Made by a program: the position numbers and the translations under genes. The notes beneath the pieces are model-generated. The model did not search any database. It saw only the letters and a program-made list of their open reading frames with translations, and had not been told where the DNA came from. Shown piece after piece: positions 19,320 to 29,303 of a stretch of DNA of 64,000 bases (position 1 is the stretch's first letter; every line of letters begins with the position of its first letter). This DNA is from Gammaproteobacteria bacterium (GTDB lineage: Bacteria > Pseudomonadota > Gammaproteobacteria > Pseudomonadales > Pseudomonadaceae), in assembly GCA_012728315.1 (NCBI GenBank), contig JAAYFI010000026.1:111778-175777 (forward strand), read 5' to 3'.

Positions 19320-21326
19320 ATGACTACACAAAAACAACAAATATGGCGTCTGGCAAAGTTACCGCTGGCCGTAGGTTTAGCTTCTGCGTTGGCAGTGCCA
19401 GCCTCTGCGGTCACTTTTGATCTGGGGGAGGTTGAAGGGTCGTTTGATAGTTCTTTATCCGTGGGGGCCAGCTGGTCAACCGCGAAACGCGATATGCGTT
19501 TTGTTGGTAATGCCAATGGCGGCACAGGTTTCACCCAAACAGGGGATGATGGCCGTTTAAACTTTCAGCGCGGCAAAACCTTTTCACAGATTTTTAAAGG
19601 CTTACATGATTTAGAATTAAAGTACAAAGACACGGGGGTTTTTGTACGTGGTAAGTATTGGTACGACACAGAATTACAAGACGGTAACCGTCCACACAAA
19701 GACATCAGCAACAAAGGCCGCAAAGAGGGCGCTAAGACCCGTGGCGCAGAAATTCTTGATGCTTTCGTTTATCACAACTATAACATTGCTGAGCAGCCCG
19801 GCACCGTACGTCTAGGTAAGCAGGTGGTGAGTTGGGGTGAAAGTACCTTCATTATGAACTCCATCAACTCGATTAACCCGATTGATGTGTCCGCCTTCCG
19901 CCGTCCCGGCGCAGAGCTTAAAGAAGGCCTGATTCCAGTTAATATGTTCTTTGTCTCACAGAACTTGACCGATCAGTTATCCATGGAAGCCTTTTACCAG
20001 CTGAGCTGGAAGCAAACTGTAGTGGATAACTGCGGTACTTTCTTCTCCAGTGCGGATGTGGCGGCAGATGGCTGTAATGATAATTACCATATTCTAGATC
20101 GTCAGTTGACTGATTTGTTGATGGGGGTGGATCGTTTAAATGCTATTCCGGCAGGCGTACTTCCGGGTGGCATACCTGGTAGTGTGTTGGCGCCTGCTAA
20201 TACTGGACAGGCTGGAATAGCCTACTCTGGGCGAGAAGGTATGTTGGTGCGTCGTGGTAAAGATAATAAGGCTAAAGACGATGGCCAGTTTGGTTTCGCC
20301 TTCCGTTGGCTCGGTGATAACACTGAGTACGGCGCCTATATGATGAATTATCATAGTCGTACGCCATTTTTGAGTATGAAGAATGCTAATGCAACTGCGT
20401 TAGCTGGAGTTCCCGGTGCTGCTCAAGGTATTTATAACTCTTTAAAGCTTAGTGGAGTTGCCCCTACTGCCCCTTTGTGGACCAATCCTAATCCCGCAAC
20501 GATTGGAGGTGCGGCTAACCCGCTATATTTACAGTCAATGCAGTTGGCTGGTGCGGCAGTAGCAGTGGGTAACGGTCAGTACTTTATGGACTACCCAGAA
20601 GATATTCGCCTATATGGTTTAAGCTTCTCGACCACTTTGCCTACCGGCACTGCATGGCAGGGTGAGATCAGCTACCGTCCAAATATGCCGGTACAAATTA
20701 ATACCCAACAAATGACCTTAGCGCTCGGTGCTCTTGCTTCGCAAGCAAATGGGCTGAGCATTCCAACTTGGCAGAATGGAAATTCTGGTGCTATTCAAAA
20801 AGGCTACAAACGTAAAGAAGTCACTCAACTGCAAACTACTTTTACCCATTTCTTTGACCAAGTGCTCGGTGCAAGCCGCGCCACAGTGGTCGGTGAAGTG
20901 GGCTGGACCCATGTCGGTGGATTAGAAAGTATACGCAACAAAGACAGCATTCGTTATGGTCGCGACCCAATCTTCGGTGTGAAAGGCAGTGCTGTTGATC
21001 CGACTGGAACATCCGTTGCTAAATACGGCGATCACGGCTTCGTCACCAAAAACTCTTGGGGCTACCGTGTGCGCGGTATCTTAGACTACAGCGACGTATT
21101 TGCTGGCATTAACTTGCACCCCAATATGGCCTTCTCCCATGACGTGGATGGCTATGGCCCCAACGGTCAGTTTAATGAAGGTGCAAAAGCTGTCAGCTTT
21201 GGGTTAGATGCGGATTACCAGAACACCTACACCGCGGCATTGTCTTACACCAACTTCTTTGATGGCCGTTACAACACGCTAAAAGATCGTGACTTTGTCT
21301 CGTTAAGCTTTGGTGTGAACTTCTAA
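19320..21326 (+). CDS. DUF1302 family outer-membrane protein
   Basis: Signal peptide, DDGRLNF, RLGKQVVSWGESTF and C-terminal DRDFVSLSFGVNF beta-signal. Confidence 0.88.
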   Translation: MTTQKQQIWRLAKLPLAVGLASALAVPASAVTFDLGEVEGSFDSSLSVGASWSTAKRDMRFVGNANGGTGFTQTGDDGRLNFQRGKTFSQIFKGLHDLELKYKDTGVFVRGKYWYDTELQDGNRPHKDISNKGRKEGAKTRGAEILDAFVYHNYNIAEQPGTVRLGKQVVSWGESTFIMNSINSINPIDVSAFRRPGAELKEGLIPVNMFFVSQNLTDQLSMEAFYQLSWKQTVVDNCGTFFSSADVAADGCNDNYHILDRQLTDLLMGVDRLNAIPAGVLPGGIPGSVLAPANTGQAGIAYSGREGMLVRRGKDNKAKDDGQFGFAFRWLGDNTEYGAYMMNYHSRTPFLSMKNANATALAGVPGAAQGIYNSLKLSGVAPTAPLWTNPNPATIGGAANPLYLQSMQLAGAAVAVGNGQYFMDYPEDIRLYGLSFSTTLPTGTAWQGEISYRPNMPVQINTQQMTLALGALASQANGLSIPTWQNGNSGAIQKGYKRKEVTQLQTTFTHFFDQVLGASRATVVGEVGWTHVGGLESIRNKDSIRYGRDPIFGVKGSAVDPTGTSVAKYGDHGFVTKNSWGYRVRGILDYSDVFAGINLHPNMAFSHDVDGYGPNGQFNEGAKAVSFGLDADYQNTYTAALSYTNFFDGRYNTLKDRDFVSLSFGVNF

Positions 21327-21332
21327 TCACTT

Positions 21333-21365
21333 CGTGCGGTGCTGGCGAGGGTCAGCACCGTGCAC
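21333..21365 (+). other. Intercistronic stem-loop
   Basis: CGGTGCTGGC-GAGG-GTCAGCACCG hairpin between DUF1302 and DUF1329; no immediate U tract. Confidence 0.55.
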
Positions 21366-21407
21366 TGTGTGTCTCCCAATTTTTTTACTCTTAGGAAGAC
21401 TAAAATA

Positions 21408-22778
21408 ATGAAAACAAATAAAACTTTAATGCAGACAGGCGCAGCTTTTGTATTGTCGCTGTTCGCTGCCAGTGTGATGGCAGCCGTATCTGCAGACCAA
21501 GCGGCTAAACTGGGTACAACTTTAACGCCATTTGGTGCAGAAAAAGCCGGTAATGCGGCAGGCACTATTCCTGAGTGGACCGGTGGTTTGGCCACTGACG
21601 CTGCGGCAGTTGATGCCCGTGGTTTCTTAAGTAATCCATACGCTGGTGAAAAACCTTTGTTTACGATTACTGCGCAAAATATGGATCAGTACAAAGATAA
21701 GCTAACGCCGGGTCAGCAGGCGATGTTTAAGCGTTATCCAGATACATACCGTATGCCTGTTTACACAACGCATCGTTCGGTCAATATGCCGGCAGAAGTG
21801 GTTGAAGCGGCTAAAAGTAACGCGCTCAATACTAAAATGGTACAGGGCGGTAACGGTTTAGAAAACTTTAGCATCGCTAATGCTTTCCCTATTCCGCAAA
21901 ACGGTCTAGAGGTGATCTGGAACCATATCACCCGTTACCGTGGTGGTAGTGTAAGGCGCACAGTAACCCAAGCAACACCGCAAACCAATGGTTCATACTC
22001 ACTGGTGTATTTTGATGATGAGTTTGTGTTCCCTAACAAACTGAAAGATTACGATGCAAGCAAGCCGAGTAATGTGCTGTTTTACTTTAAGCAAAAAGTA
22101 ACTGCACCTTCCCGTTTGGCGGGTAACGTGTTGCTGGTTCACGAAACCTTAGACCAAATTAAAGAGCCACGTATGGCGTGGCTGTATAACGCAGGTCAGC
22201 GTCGTGTACGTCGTGCACCACAAGTATCCTATGATGGTCCAGGTACCGCAGCGGATGGTTTGCGTACGTCGGACAACCTCGATATGTACAACGGTGCGCC
22301 AGATCGCTATACATGGGAGCTGCACGGTAAAAAAGAAATCTATATTCCGTATAACAGCTACGAGCTGGATTCACCGAAGCATAAGTATGCGGAGATCATT
22401 AAAGCGGGGCATATCAATCAAGACTTAACCCGTTATGAGTTGCACCGTGTTTGGCATGTGACTGCGACCCTGAAAGCAGGCGAGCGCCATATCTATGCTA
22501 AACGTGATTTCTACATCGATGAAGACAGCTGGCAAGCAGCCGCTATCGACCATTACGATGGTCGTGGCAACTTATGGCGTGTCGCTGAAGCGCATGCAAT
22601 GCAGTACTACAACCAGCAAGTACCTTGGTATTCGTTGGAAGCATTGTATGACCTGCAATCGGGTCGTTACTTAGCCCTAGGTATGAAGAACGAAGAGAAG
22701 CAAGCCTATCAGTTTGGTTTTGTGGCAACTTCAGGTGACTTCACTCCTGCTGCGCTACGCCAAGCCGGTGTACGCTAA
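21408..22778 (+). CDS. DUF1329 family periplasmic protein
   Basis: Signal peptide, LTPFGAEKAGNAAGTIPEWTGG, GQRRVRRAP and YIDEDSW motifs. Confidence 0.9.
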   Translation: MKTNKTLMQTGAAFVLSLFAASVMAAVSADQAAKLGTTLTPFGAEKAGNAAGTIPEWTGGLATDAAAVDARGFLSNPYAGEKPLFTITAQNMDQYKDKLTPGQQAMFKRYPDTYRMPVYTTHRSVNMPAEVVEAAKSNALNTKMVQGGNGLENFSIANAFPIPQNGLEVIWNHITRYRGGSVRRTVTQATPQTNGSYSLVYFDDEFVFPNKLKDYDASKPSNVLFYFKQKVTAPSRLAGNVLLVHETLDQIKEPRMAWLYNAGQRRVRRAPQVSYDGPGTAADGLRTSDNLDMYNGAPDRYTWELHGKKEIYIPYNSYELDSPKHKYAEIIKAGHINQDLTRYELHRVWHVTATLKAGERHIYAKRDFYIDEDSWQAAAIDHYDGRGNLWRVAEAHAMQYYNQQVPWYSLEALYDLQSGRYLALGMKNEEKQAYQFGFVATSGDFTPAALRQAGVR

Positions 22779-22825
22779 GCACTGAGTAAATGGCAAGCGT
22801 CGATCGATTCTTGCCATTGATTATG

Positions 22826-22855
22826 AAAAGCCAAGCCATGTGCTTGGCTTTTTTT
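22826..22855 (+). terminator. Intrinsic terminator after DUF1329
   Basis: AAAAGCCAAGC-CATGT-GCTTGGCTTTTTTT, preceded by a second hairpin at 22789-22818. Confidence 0.88.
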
Positions 22856-22894
22856 GTTTTACGCATATGCCAGTCACAATCAGCTGTATGTCAT

Positions 22895-23005
22895 AAAAAA
22901 AGACCCGCACAAGTGCGGGTCAAAACCGTGTTTAGCCTGATGAGGAGATAACTTGAAAACCGACCTGTTGGTTTTTTGAGTCATCCGCTGATCTTGCGAT
23001 CAGTT
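22895..23005 (-). ncRNA. prrF: PrrF iron-responsive small RNA
   Basis: Minus strand AACTGATCGCAAGATCAG...TTATCTCCTCATCAGGCTAAACACGGTTTTGACCCGCACTTGTGCGGGTCTTTTTTT matches the PrrF 5' stem, conserved core and terminator. Confidence 0.95.
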
Positions 23006-23011
23006 GAGTTA

Positions 23012-23039
23012 ATAATAACAATTCTCATTTGCGTGTCAA
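23012..23039 (-). promoter_or_regulatory. prrF promoter with Fur box
   Basis: Minus strand TTGACA-16 nt-TATTAT overlapped by AAATGAGAATTGTTATTAT (Fur-box-like 19-mer). Confidence 0.88.
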
Positions 23040-23192
23040 GTGTTTGATTCGCCCGTTTTTACCATGGGTCGAAAGCAGAGCTTGGCTGTGCGCTAGGGCT
23101 GCCAATTAATCGACGTTATTATTAGAGTGCATCTACAGTGCGGGTGATTATGTTAAGCTGCGCCTTTGTTTGTTAATGAGTTTTATGCGGTT

Positions 23193-23519
23193 ATGAGTAA
23201 AAGCGAAAACCCAATTTTTAAGGTGATCTTTGTTAATCAAGGTCAGGTCTTTGAAATGTACGCAAAAGCAATCTATCAAAGTGACCTTTGGGGCTTTTTA
23301 GAAATTGAAGAGTTCATCTTTGGTGAGCGGACTCAAGTTGTGGTTGATCCCAGCGAGGAAAAACTTAAGGCGCAGTTTGATGGTGTGATCCGCAGCTATG
23401 TGCCTTTGCATGCAATTGTGCGCATTGATGAGGTCGAACGTTTAGGTGTGGCGCGTATCAGTGAGGCGGCGACGAGTAATGTGATGTCGTTTCCGATGCC
23501 GGTGCCGCCCAGTAAGTAA
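23193..23519 (+). CDS. DUF1820 family protein
   Basis: IFKVIFVNQGQVFEMYA...VVVDPSEEKLKAQF...IVRIDEV. Confidence 0.85.
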   Translation: MSKSENPIFKVIFVNQGQVFEMYAKAIYQSDLWGFLEIEEFIFGERTQVVVDPSEEKLKAQFDGVIRSYVPLHAIVRIDEVERLGVARISEAATSNVMSFPMPVPPSK

Positions 23520-23582
23520 AAAAGCTAGAAGGGAGCCGTGGGGCAGCGCCGCAGCCCGCATGGTACGCTGCGGTGGCTTAAA

Positions 23583-24074
23583 TTAGGGCTCAATGCCTTC
23601 ATGGCTTTCATCGCTGATTTTTGCGTGCTTGGCCGTAGGTTTTACGGCTGGAAAACGGGCGGAAGCATAGCGCACAACCAGTACCGACAGCGCTAATAAT
23701 AGTATCGCTCCGGATACATATACCACGCCCATATCAGGGCGATGGTGGTGCGAAATATCTGAAATCATCAGTCGCGTTAATGCGGTAATGGCAACGTAGA
23801 TTAAAAAGCGCACCGGCATATGGTTGGTTTTAAAATAAATGCCGACCATGGCGCCAAGTTCTAAGTAGATAAATAATAATAAAATATCATCGATGCTTGC
23901 TGCGCCCTTATTAAACATTTCGAGTGCGGCCATGGTTCCCGCCCATGCTGTGATTCCGCCTATGGCAAATAAGGCAAGGTAGTGGAAGGTTTCTACCAGT
24001 AAATTACCTACGGATTCGGCATAGTCATGTAAGCAGTTACGTAATTTTTCTGTTTGCTTGTGCTTCACTGTCAA
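23583..24074 (-). CDS. PsiE-like phosphate-starvation-inducible membrane protein
   Basis: DILLLFIYLEL...YFKTNHMPVRFLIYVAITALTR; TTG start after AAGGAG. Confidence 0.88.
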   Translation of the reverse strand: MTVKHKQTEKLRNCLHDYAESVGNLLVETFHYLALFAIGGITAWAGTMAALEMFNKGAASIDDILLLFIYLELGAMVGIYFKTNHMPVRFLIYVAITALTRLMISDISHHHRPDMGVVYVSGAILLLALSVLVVRYASARFPAVKPTAKHAKISDESHEGIEP

Positions 24075-24133
24075 TGCTCCTTAAGTCGAGTAAGTGAGCA
24101 TGGTAAAAGCTGAAGCCCGTGAGTATCAAGGAT

Positions 24134-26788
24134 TTAATTGTTGAGTGGCGCAAATAAGGCGTCAAGAGCCGCTTGGTCAAGCTGTGCTGCTGCGCTGGCT
24201 CCACCTTCGAGGATGCTTTGCGCCAGTGCCGCTTTGTGCTGTTGCAGTTGTTGGATTTTTTCTTCAACGCTGCCGCGGGCAATGAGCTTATAAATAAATA
24301 CGGGCTTGGTTTGGCCAATACGGTAAGCACGATCGCTGGCCTGTGCTTCACTGGCTGGATTCCACCAGGGGTCAACATGAATAACTGTGTCGGCTGCGGT
24401 TAAATTTAAGCCCACGCCGCCGGCTTTTAAGCTGATCAGAAAAACCGGAACAGCGCCAGCCTGAAAGCGTTCCACCGGTGTGCGACGATCTCGGGTTTTT
24501 CCAGTTAATTGCACAAAAGGAATCTGTGCTTTATTGAGTTCATCGGCAATTAAAGCCAGCATATTAGCGAACTGTGAAAAAACCAGGGTGCGGCGCCCTT
24601 CGGCGCTAAAGGTGCGTAGCATTTGCAGGAGATGTAGCATTTTTGCTGAAGCACGTGCTGTGTAGTGCTGTGCATCCTGCTCACTGAGAAGACGCAAGTC
24701 ACAACATGTTTGCCGCAGTCGGAGTAGAGCTTCCAGTACAACAATATGGCTGCGCGCAATACCCACGCGCTGAATTTCATTGCGCACTTTTTTATCCATG
24801 GCCAGGCGTAAGGTTTCATAACGGTCGCGCTGTGTGCTGGTCAGCTCAATGTACTCGGTGATTTCTGTTTTAGCTGGCAGTTCGCTGGCCACTTGTTGTT
24901 TGCTGCGCCTTAAAATAAAGGGCTTGAGGCGATTTTTAAGGTGCGCTAAGCGTTGTTCATCGGCATGTTTTTCAATAGGAGTGCGGTAATGCTTGGTAAA
25001 ACTTTTATAATCACCCAGCCAGCCCGGCATCACGAAGTTAAACAGTGACCACAGCTCGCCTAAATTATTTTCTAAAGGTGTACCTGTTAAGCAGAGGCGT
25101 TGTTGTGCGCGCAGTTGACTGACGCATTGAGCGGCCTTACTGCGTGGGTTTTTAATGGTTTGTGCTTCATCGAGGATCAGCATCTGCCAGTTGTGCGCCA
25201 CTAACTGCTCGCTGTCACGGGTGAGCAAGCCGTATGTGCTGAGGACAATATCTGCCTGCGGAATCTGGGCGAAAAGTGCCTGGCGCTGCTGACCATGCAG
25301 GGTTAGTAGTTTTAATTGCGGGGTAAAGTGGGCCGCTTCATCTTGCCAGTTGGCAATAAGACTGGTGGGGACAATAATCAGTGCGGGGTGCTGCAGGCGT
25401 TGTGCATTTTTCTCACTAAGAATATGCGCTAAGGTTTGTAAAGTTTTACCCAGTCCCATGTCGTCAGCCAAAATACCACCCATGCCGAGCTGGTATAAAT
25501 TCTGTAGCCAGCTCAGTCCTTCATGTTGGTAGTCGCGCAATGTCGCCTGAAGGCCTTGCGGTATCGGACTTAGGGTTGGCGCAGGTTGTGATAAGCGCTT
25601 AGCCAGTTCTTGGATGCTAGGGCTGCCTAGCCATTCAATACCTTGCGCTTGCAGTTGATTGATGCGCGCGGCCTCTTGGCGTGGTAGGCGTATTGTGTGC
25701 TCATCTGTTAACGCTTGGCGAATATACAGCTCACTGAGCGCGCTCAATACCGGGCGGATCCGTGCATAAGGGAGTGCTACGCGTTGGCCGAGTTGCTGAA
25801 TATGCACGGTAACCACTTCGTTATCGTTGCGCTGATCTAGATAGTTAAGGTCCAGTAGCTTGGGAGACTGGCGGATCAGTTGTAATAAAATTGGTAATAA
25901 ACGAATGGAGCGACCCGCCACTTCAATATCCAGCGCCAAAGAGAACCAGTCGTGCTGCTCAGATTCGCTAATGGTTGCTCGCCAGTGGTCAATCGGCAGT
26001 AGATTAAACTGAAATTGTGGCAGCATGACGATGTGCCAGTTCTGTGCGCGTAAGCCCTGTAAAGGCTGCTGCATAAAGTTGAGCCAAGCGTGCTCATTGG
26101 GCAGCTCATACGCATCGCCAGCACTCTCGGGTAGGGCATCGCTGCGCCGCAGAGACAGATGCCAGCCTAACGCGGTTAATTGCTGGCGGCAGTGTTGCTC
26201 AAAGGCTTGGTCACGGGTGATGCGTAAACGCTGATAGGGGCCGCTATGGGCTAAAAAATCCTTGGTTGCCTTGCCGTTACATAAATAGCCGTGGTAATTA
26301 AATGCCAATGCAGCGCGATGTTGGACGCTGGTGAGCATGCGTGCGCTGCGAGCATCATAACGCTGTTGTGTGACACTGCCGAACGTCAGTTGTGGTTGCG
26401 GTGCTTGAAGTGGCGCATCGATTATCGTCAAAGCGGGTGCCGCTGACAATGGCGCTGGGTCTGCGCTGGGGAGTTGTGCTGGAGATTCACCAGCGTGTTG
26501 CATACGCTCAAGAGTCAGCAAGGCAGCAACCACATGCTTACAGTTATAGCTGACGTAACATGAGCAGCGGCCGTTGAGGTCGTAATAGTTGTCTTGGGCA
26601 ATTAATTGGATAGTTTGCTTATAGGTTTGCCCAGCGGAGCCTTTACAGAGAGCGGTTAGCGTCGCATCTTGCAGATGCAATAGGGTGCTGCGGCCTTGCG
26701 CGGCATAGGTTTTGCCGCGCTGAAAAGTGGCAAGCGCAACAGCTTGTCGCCATTGTGAGAAGTGCAGTGTATGGATATCGAGTGGCAT
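24134..26788 (-). CDS. SWIM zinc finger / SNF2-family helicase-like ATPase
   Basis: CSC...CKH SWIM motif; LADDMGLGKT, DEAQ, TGTPLEN, SLKAGGVGLNL, QASDRAYRIGQ. Confidence 0.93.
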   Translation of the reverse strand: MPLDIHTLHFSQWRQAVALATFQRGKTYAAQGRSTLLHLQDATLTALCKGSAGQTYKQTIQLIAQDNYYDLNGRCSCYVSYNCKHVVAALLTLERMQHAGESPAQLPSADPAPLSAAPALTIIDAPLQAPQPQLTFGSVTQQRYDARSARMLTSVQHRAALAFNYHGYLCNGKATKDFLAHSGPYQRLRITRDQAFEQHCRQQLTALGWHLSLRRSDALPESAGDAYELPNEHAWLNFMQQPLQGLRAQNWHIVMLPQFQFNLLPIDHWRATISESEQHDWFSLALDIEVAGRSIRLLPILLQLIRQSPKLLDLNYLDQRNDNEVVTVHIQQLGQRVALPYARIRPVLSALSELYIRQALTDEHTIRLPRQEAARINQLQAQGIEWLGSPSIQELAKRLSQPAPTLSPIPQGLQATLRDYQHEGLSWLQNLYQLGMGGILADDMGLGKTLQTLAHILSEKNAQRLQHPALIIVPTSLIANWQDEAAHFTPQLKLLTLHGQQRQALFAQIPQADIVLSTYGLLTRDSEQLVAHNWQMLILDEAQTIKNPRSKAAQCVSQLRAQQRLCLTGTPLENNLGELWSLFNFVMPGWLGDYKSFTKHYRTPIEKHADEQRLAHLKNRLKPFILRRSKQQVASELPAKTEITEYIELTSTQRDRYETLRLAMDKKVRNEIQRVGIARSHIVVLEALLRLRQTCCDLRLLSEQDAQHYTARASAKMLHLLQMLRTFSAEGRRTLVFSQFANMLALIADELNKAQIPFVQLTGKTRDRRTPVERFQAGAVPVFLISLKAGGVGLNLTAADTVIHVDPWWNPASEAQASDRAYRIGQTKPVFIYKLIARGSVEEKIQQLQQHKAALAQSILEGGASAAAQLDQAALDALFAPLNN

Positions 26789-26944
26789 AGGCGCATAAGA
26801 TCAGGAGCAGTGCAATAGTATGGCATAAGCCGCTTAACTGTTGTGCCTGATGCGTGAGACTGTAAGATTGGCGTCAGCTAAGCCGAGCCATTGTGGCTGT
26901 GGGGTTGAATCTGAGTATTGATAAGCGTGGAGTAGGCAGAGTTT

Positions 26945-27799
26945 ATGACAGTGGCGGTGATTCAAATGGTGTCAGGCACTGATATTGCCGCGAACTTAAG
27001 TTGTGCTCGAGGTTTATTGGAGCACGCTGCCGAACAAGGCGCACGTTTGGCGGTGCTACCGGAGAACTTTGCGACCTTAGGGCAGGCGCATGCTGCACAT
27101 ATCGCTGCTCTTGAAGCGCAGCGGCAAGGCCCCATCTTACCTTGGCTGGCACAAGCAGCGCGTGATCTTGGATTGTGGATTGTTGGCGGAACTATACCTT
27201 TGCCACCGGCACAGCACACACAAGGAAAGCCTTGTGCCAGTTCGCTGCTGTTTAATGAGCGGGGTGAATGTGTTGCGCGTTACGATAAACTGCACTTGTT
27301 TGATGCGCTCGTCGCCGATCAGCAAGGTGGTTATAAAGAGTCGCAGACATACAGGCAAGGCCAGAGCTGCACTGTCGTGGATACACCGGTCGGGCGCTTA
27401 GGTATGACAATCTGTTACGATTTGCGCTTTCCAGAACTGTATAGCGCTTTGCGCAATGCGGGAGCAGAATTAATCAGTGTACCGTCGGCTTTTACCGCAT
27501 CCACTGGGGCTGCACATTGGCAGGTTTTATTGCGCGCGCGTGCGATAGAAACACAATGCTTGCTGTTGGCTGCGAATCAAGGCGGTGTGCACACAACAGG
27601 TCGTGAGACCTTTGGCCATTCAGCGATTATTGATGCATGGGGCAGGGTATTGGCAGAGTTACCACGCGGTTCAGGTTGCCTCACCCATGCTTTTGCCCGA
27701 GCAGAGCAAGCAACGATTCGCCAACGCATGCCGATTTGGCAACATAAACGATTCCCTGTGGCACAGTTACCGTGCGCAGAGACAGAGGACACACAATGA
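26945..27799 (+). CDS. Carbon-nitrogen hydrolase (Nit1-like deaminated glutathione amidase)
   Basis: E-K-C triad: [22 protein letters not shown]. Confidence 0.9.
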   Translation: MTVAVIQMVSGTDIAANLSCARGLLEHAAEQGARLAVLPENFATLGQAHAAHIAALEAQRQGPILPWLAQAARDLGLWIVGGTIPLPPAQHTQGKPCASSLLFNERGECVARYDKLHLFDALVADQQGGYKESQTYRQGQSCTVVDTPVGRLGMTICYDLRFPELYSALRNAGAELISVPSAFTASTGAAHWQVLLRARAIETQCLLLAANQGGVHTTGRETFGHSAIIDAWGRVLAELPRGSGCLTHAFARAEQATIRQRMPIWQHKRFPVAQLPCAETEDTQ

Positions 27800-29241
27800 G
27801 TGATTTATTAGCCAGCGTCAGTTCGACTTTATTAGCACCGACGGGCTTAGAGCAAGCGCAGTTAGGTCAGGTTTTTAGTGAGCTGGCAGGACCGGGTATT
27901 GATGCTGCAGACCTGTACTTTCAGAATCGTATTTCTGAAGCCTGGGTACTTGAAGAGGGCATTGTTAAAGAGGGTAACTTTAACCTTGAACAAGGTGTTG
28001 GTGTGCGGGCTTTAGCCGGTGAGAAAACGGGCTTTTCTTACAGTAATGCGCTGACCTTGCCGGCACTATTACAAGCGGCACAGGCGTCGCGCAGTATTGC
28101 CCAATCGGGGCAGCGCGTGCAGCCTGTAGCCATTCAAGCGGTTACACATGCGCCTTTGTACCCGGCCGATAATCCGCTTGAGGTGATCAGTCGCGAAGAT
28201 AAAGTTGCGTTGCTGAAAAAAATTGATGCAGCAACCCGCGCCCTCGATCCACGTATTTGTCAGGTGACGGTGAGCTTAACCGGATCTTGGGAGCAGATTT
28301 TAGTGGCGACTTTAGCGGGTCGCTTAGCCGCTGATGTGCGTCCTTTAGTGCGTTTTAATGTCAGTGTGATTATTGAACACAATGGCCGTCGTGAGCGCGG
28401 CAGTGCCGGTGGCGGTGGCCGCACGGACTATCGTTATTTCTTAGAGCAAGAGCGGGCGATGGGCTATGCCCGTGAAGCCGTGCGCCAAGCTCAAGTGAAT
28501 CTGGAAGCCATTGCGGCACCGGCCGGTACTTTACCTGTAGTGCTGGGTCCAGGCTGGAGCGGTGTCTTATTACATGAGGCGGTAGGTCATGGATTAGAAG
28601 GAGACTTTAACCGTAAAGGCAGCTCGGCTTATAGCGGCAAGGTGGGGCAGCAAGTGGCTTCGACACTGTGCACTATTGTGGATGATGGTACTTTGGCGGG
28701 CCGCCGTGGTTCGCTCAGTATGGATGATGAAGGCACCCCCACACAGTGCACCACATTGATTGAAAATGGTGTGTTGCGCGGTTATATGCAGGACAGCATG
28801 AACGCCCGTTTAATGGGCGTGGCGCCGACCGGTAATGGTCGTCGTGAATCCTATGCACATGTGCCCATGCCGCGCATGACCAACACCTATATGTTGGCTG
28901 GGGAAAGCGATCCGCAAGACATTATCCGTTCAGTGAAGCGTGGTATTTATTGCGCCAACTTAGGCGGCGGACAAGTGGATATCACCAGCGGCAAGTTTGT
29001 GTTCTCCACCAGTGAAGCCTATTTAATTGAAGATGGCAAAATTACTGCGCCAGTTAAAGGTGCAACTTTAATTGGTAATGGCCCAGAGGCCATGCGTCAA
29101 GTGTCTATGGTGGGCAATGACTTGGAGTTGGATGGTGGTGTTGGCGTGTGCGGTAAAGCCGGGCAGTCGGTGCCGGTTGGAGTGGGGCAGCCAACCTTAA
29201 AAATTGATGGCATTACTGTGGGAGGAACAGGCAGCGCATAG
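27796..29241 (+). CDS. tldD: Metalloprotease TldD
   Basis: [33 protein letters not shown]. Confidence 0.97.
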   Translation: MSDLLASVSSTLLAPTGLEQAQLGQVFSELAGPGIDAADLYFQNRISEAWVLEEGIVKEGNFNLEQGVGVRALAGEKTGFSYSNALTLPALLQAAQASRSIAQSGQRVQPVAIQAVTHAPLYPADNPLEVISREDKVALLKKIDAATRALDPRICQVTVSLTGSWEQILVATLAGRLAADVRPLVRFNVSVIIEHNGRRERGSAGGGGRTDYRYFLEQERAMGYAREAVRQAQVNLEAIAAPAGTLPVVLGPGWSGVLLHEAVGHGLEGDFNRKGSSAYSGKVGQQVASTLCTIVDDGTLAGRRGSLSMDDEGTPTQCTTLIENGVLRGYMQDSMNARLMGVAPTGNGRRESYAHVPMPRMTNTYMLAGESDPQDIIRSVKRGIYCANLGGGQVDITSGKFVFSTSEAYLIEDGKITAPVKGATLIGNGPEAMRQVSMVGNDLELDGGVGVCGKAGQSVPVGVGQPTLKIDGITVGGTGSA

Positions 29242-29303
29242 TACGCTGCACGCATCCGCTGTAGAGATAGCGGATGCGTTGCTGTTAAAGCGTGAAGCTC
29301 AAA

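Noticed and set aside
24134-26788. SNF2 gene as part of an anti-phage island (DISARM/Zorya-like)
   Set aside because: No methylase, nuclease or other defence genes adjacent; flanks are housekeeping.
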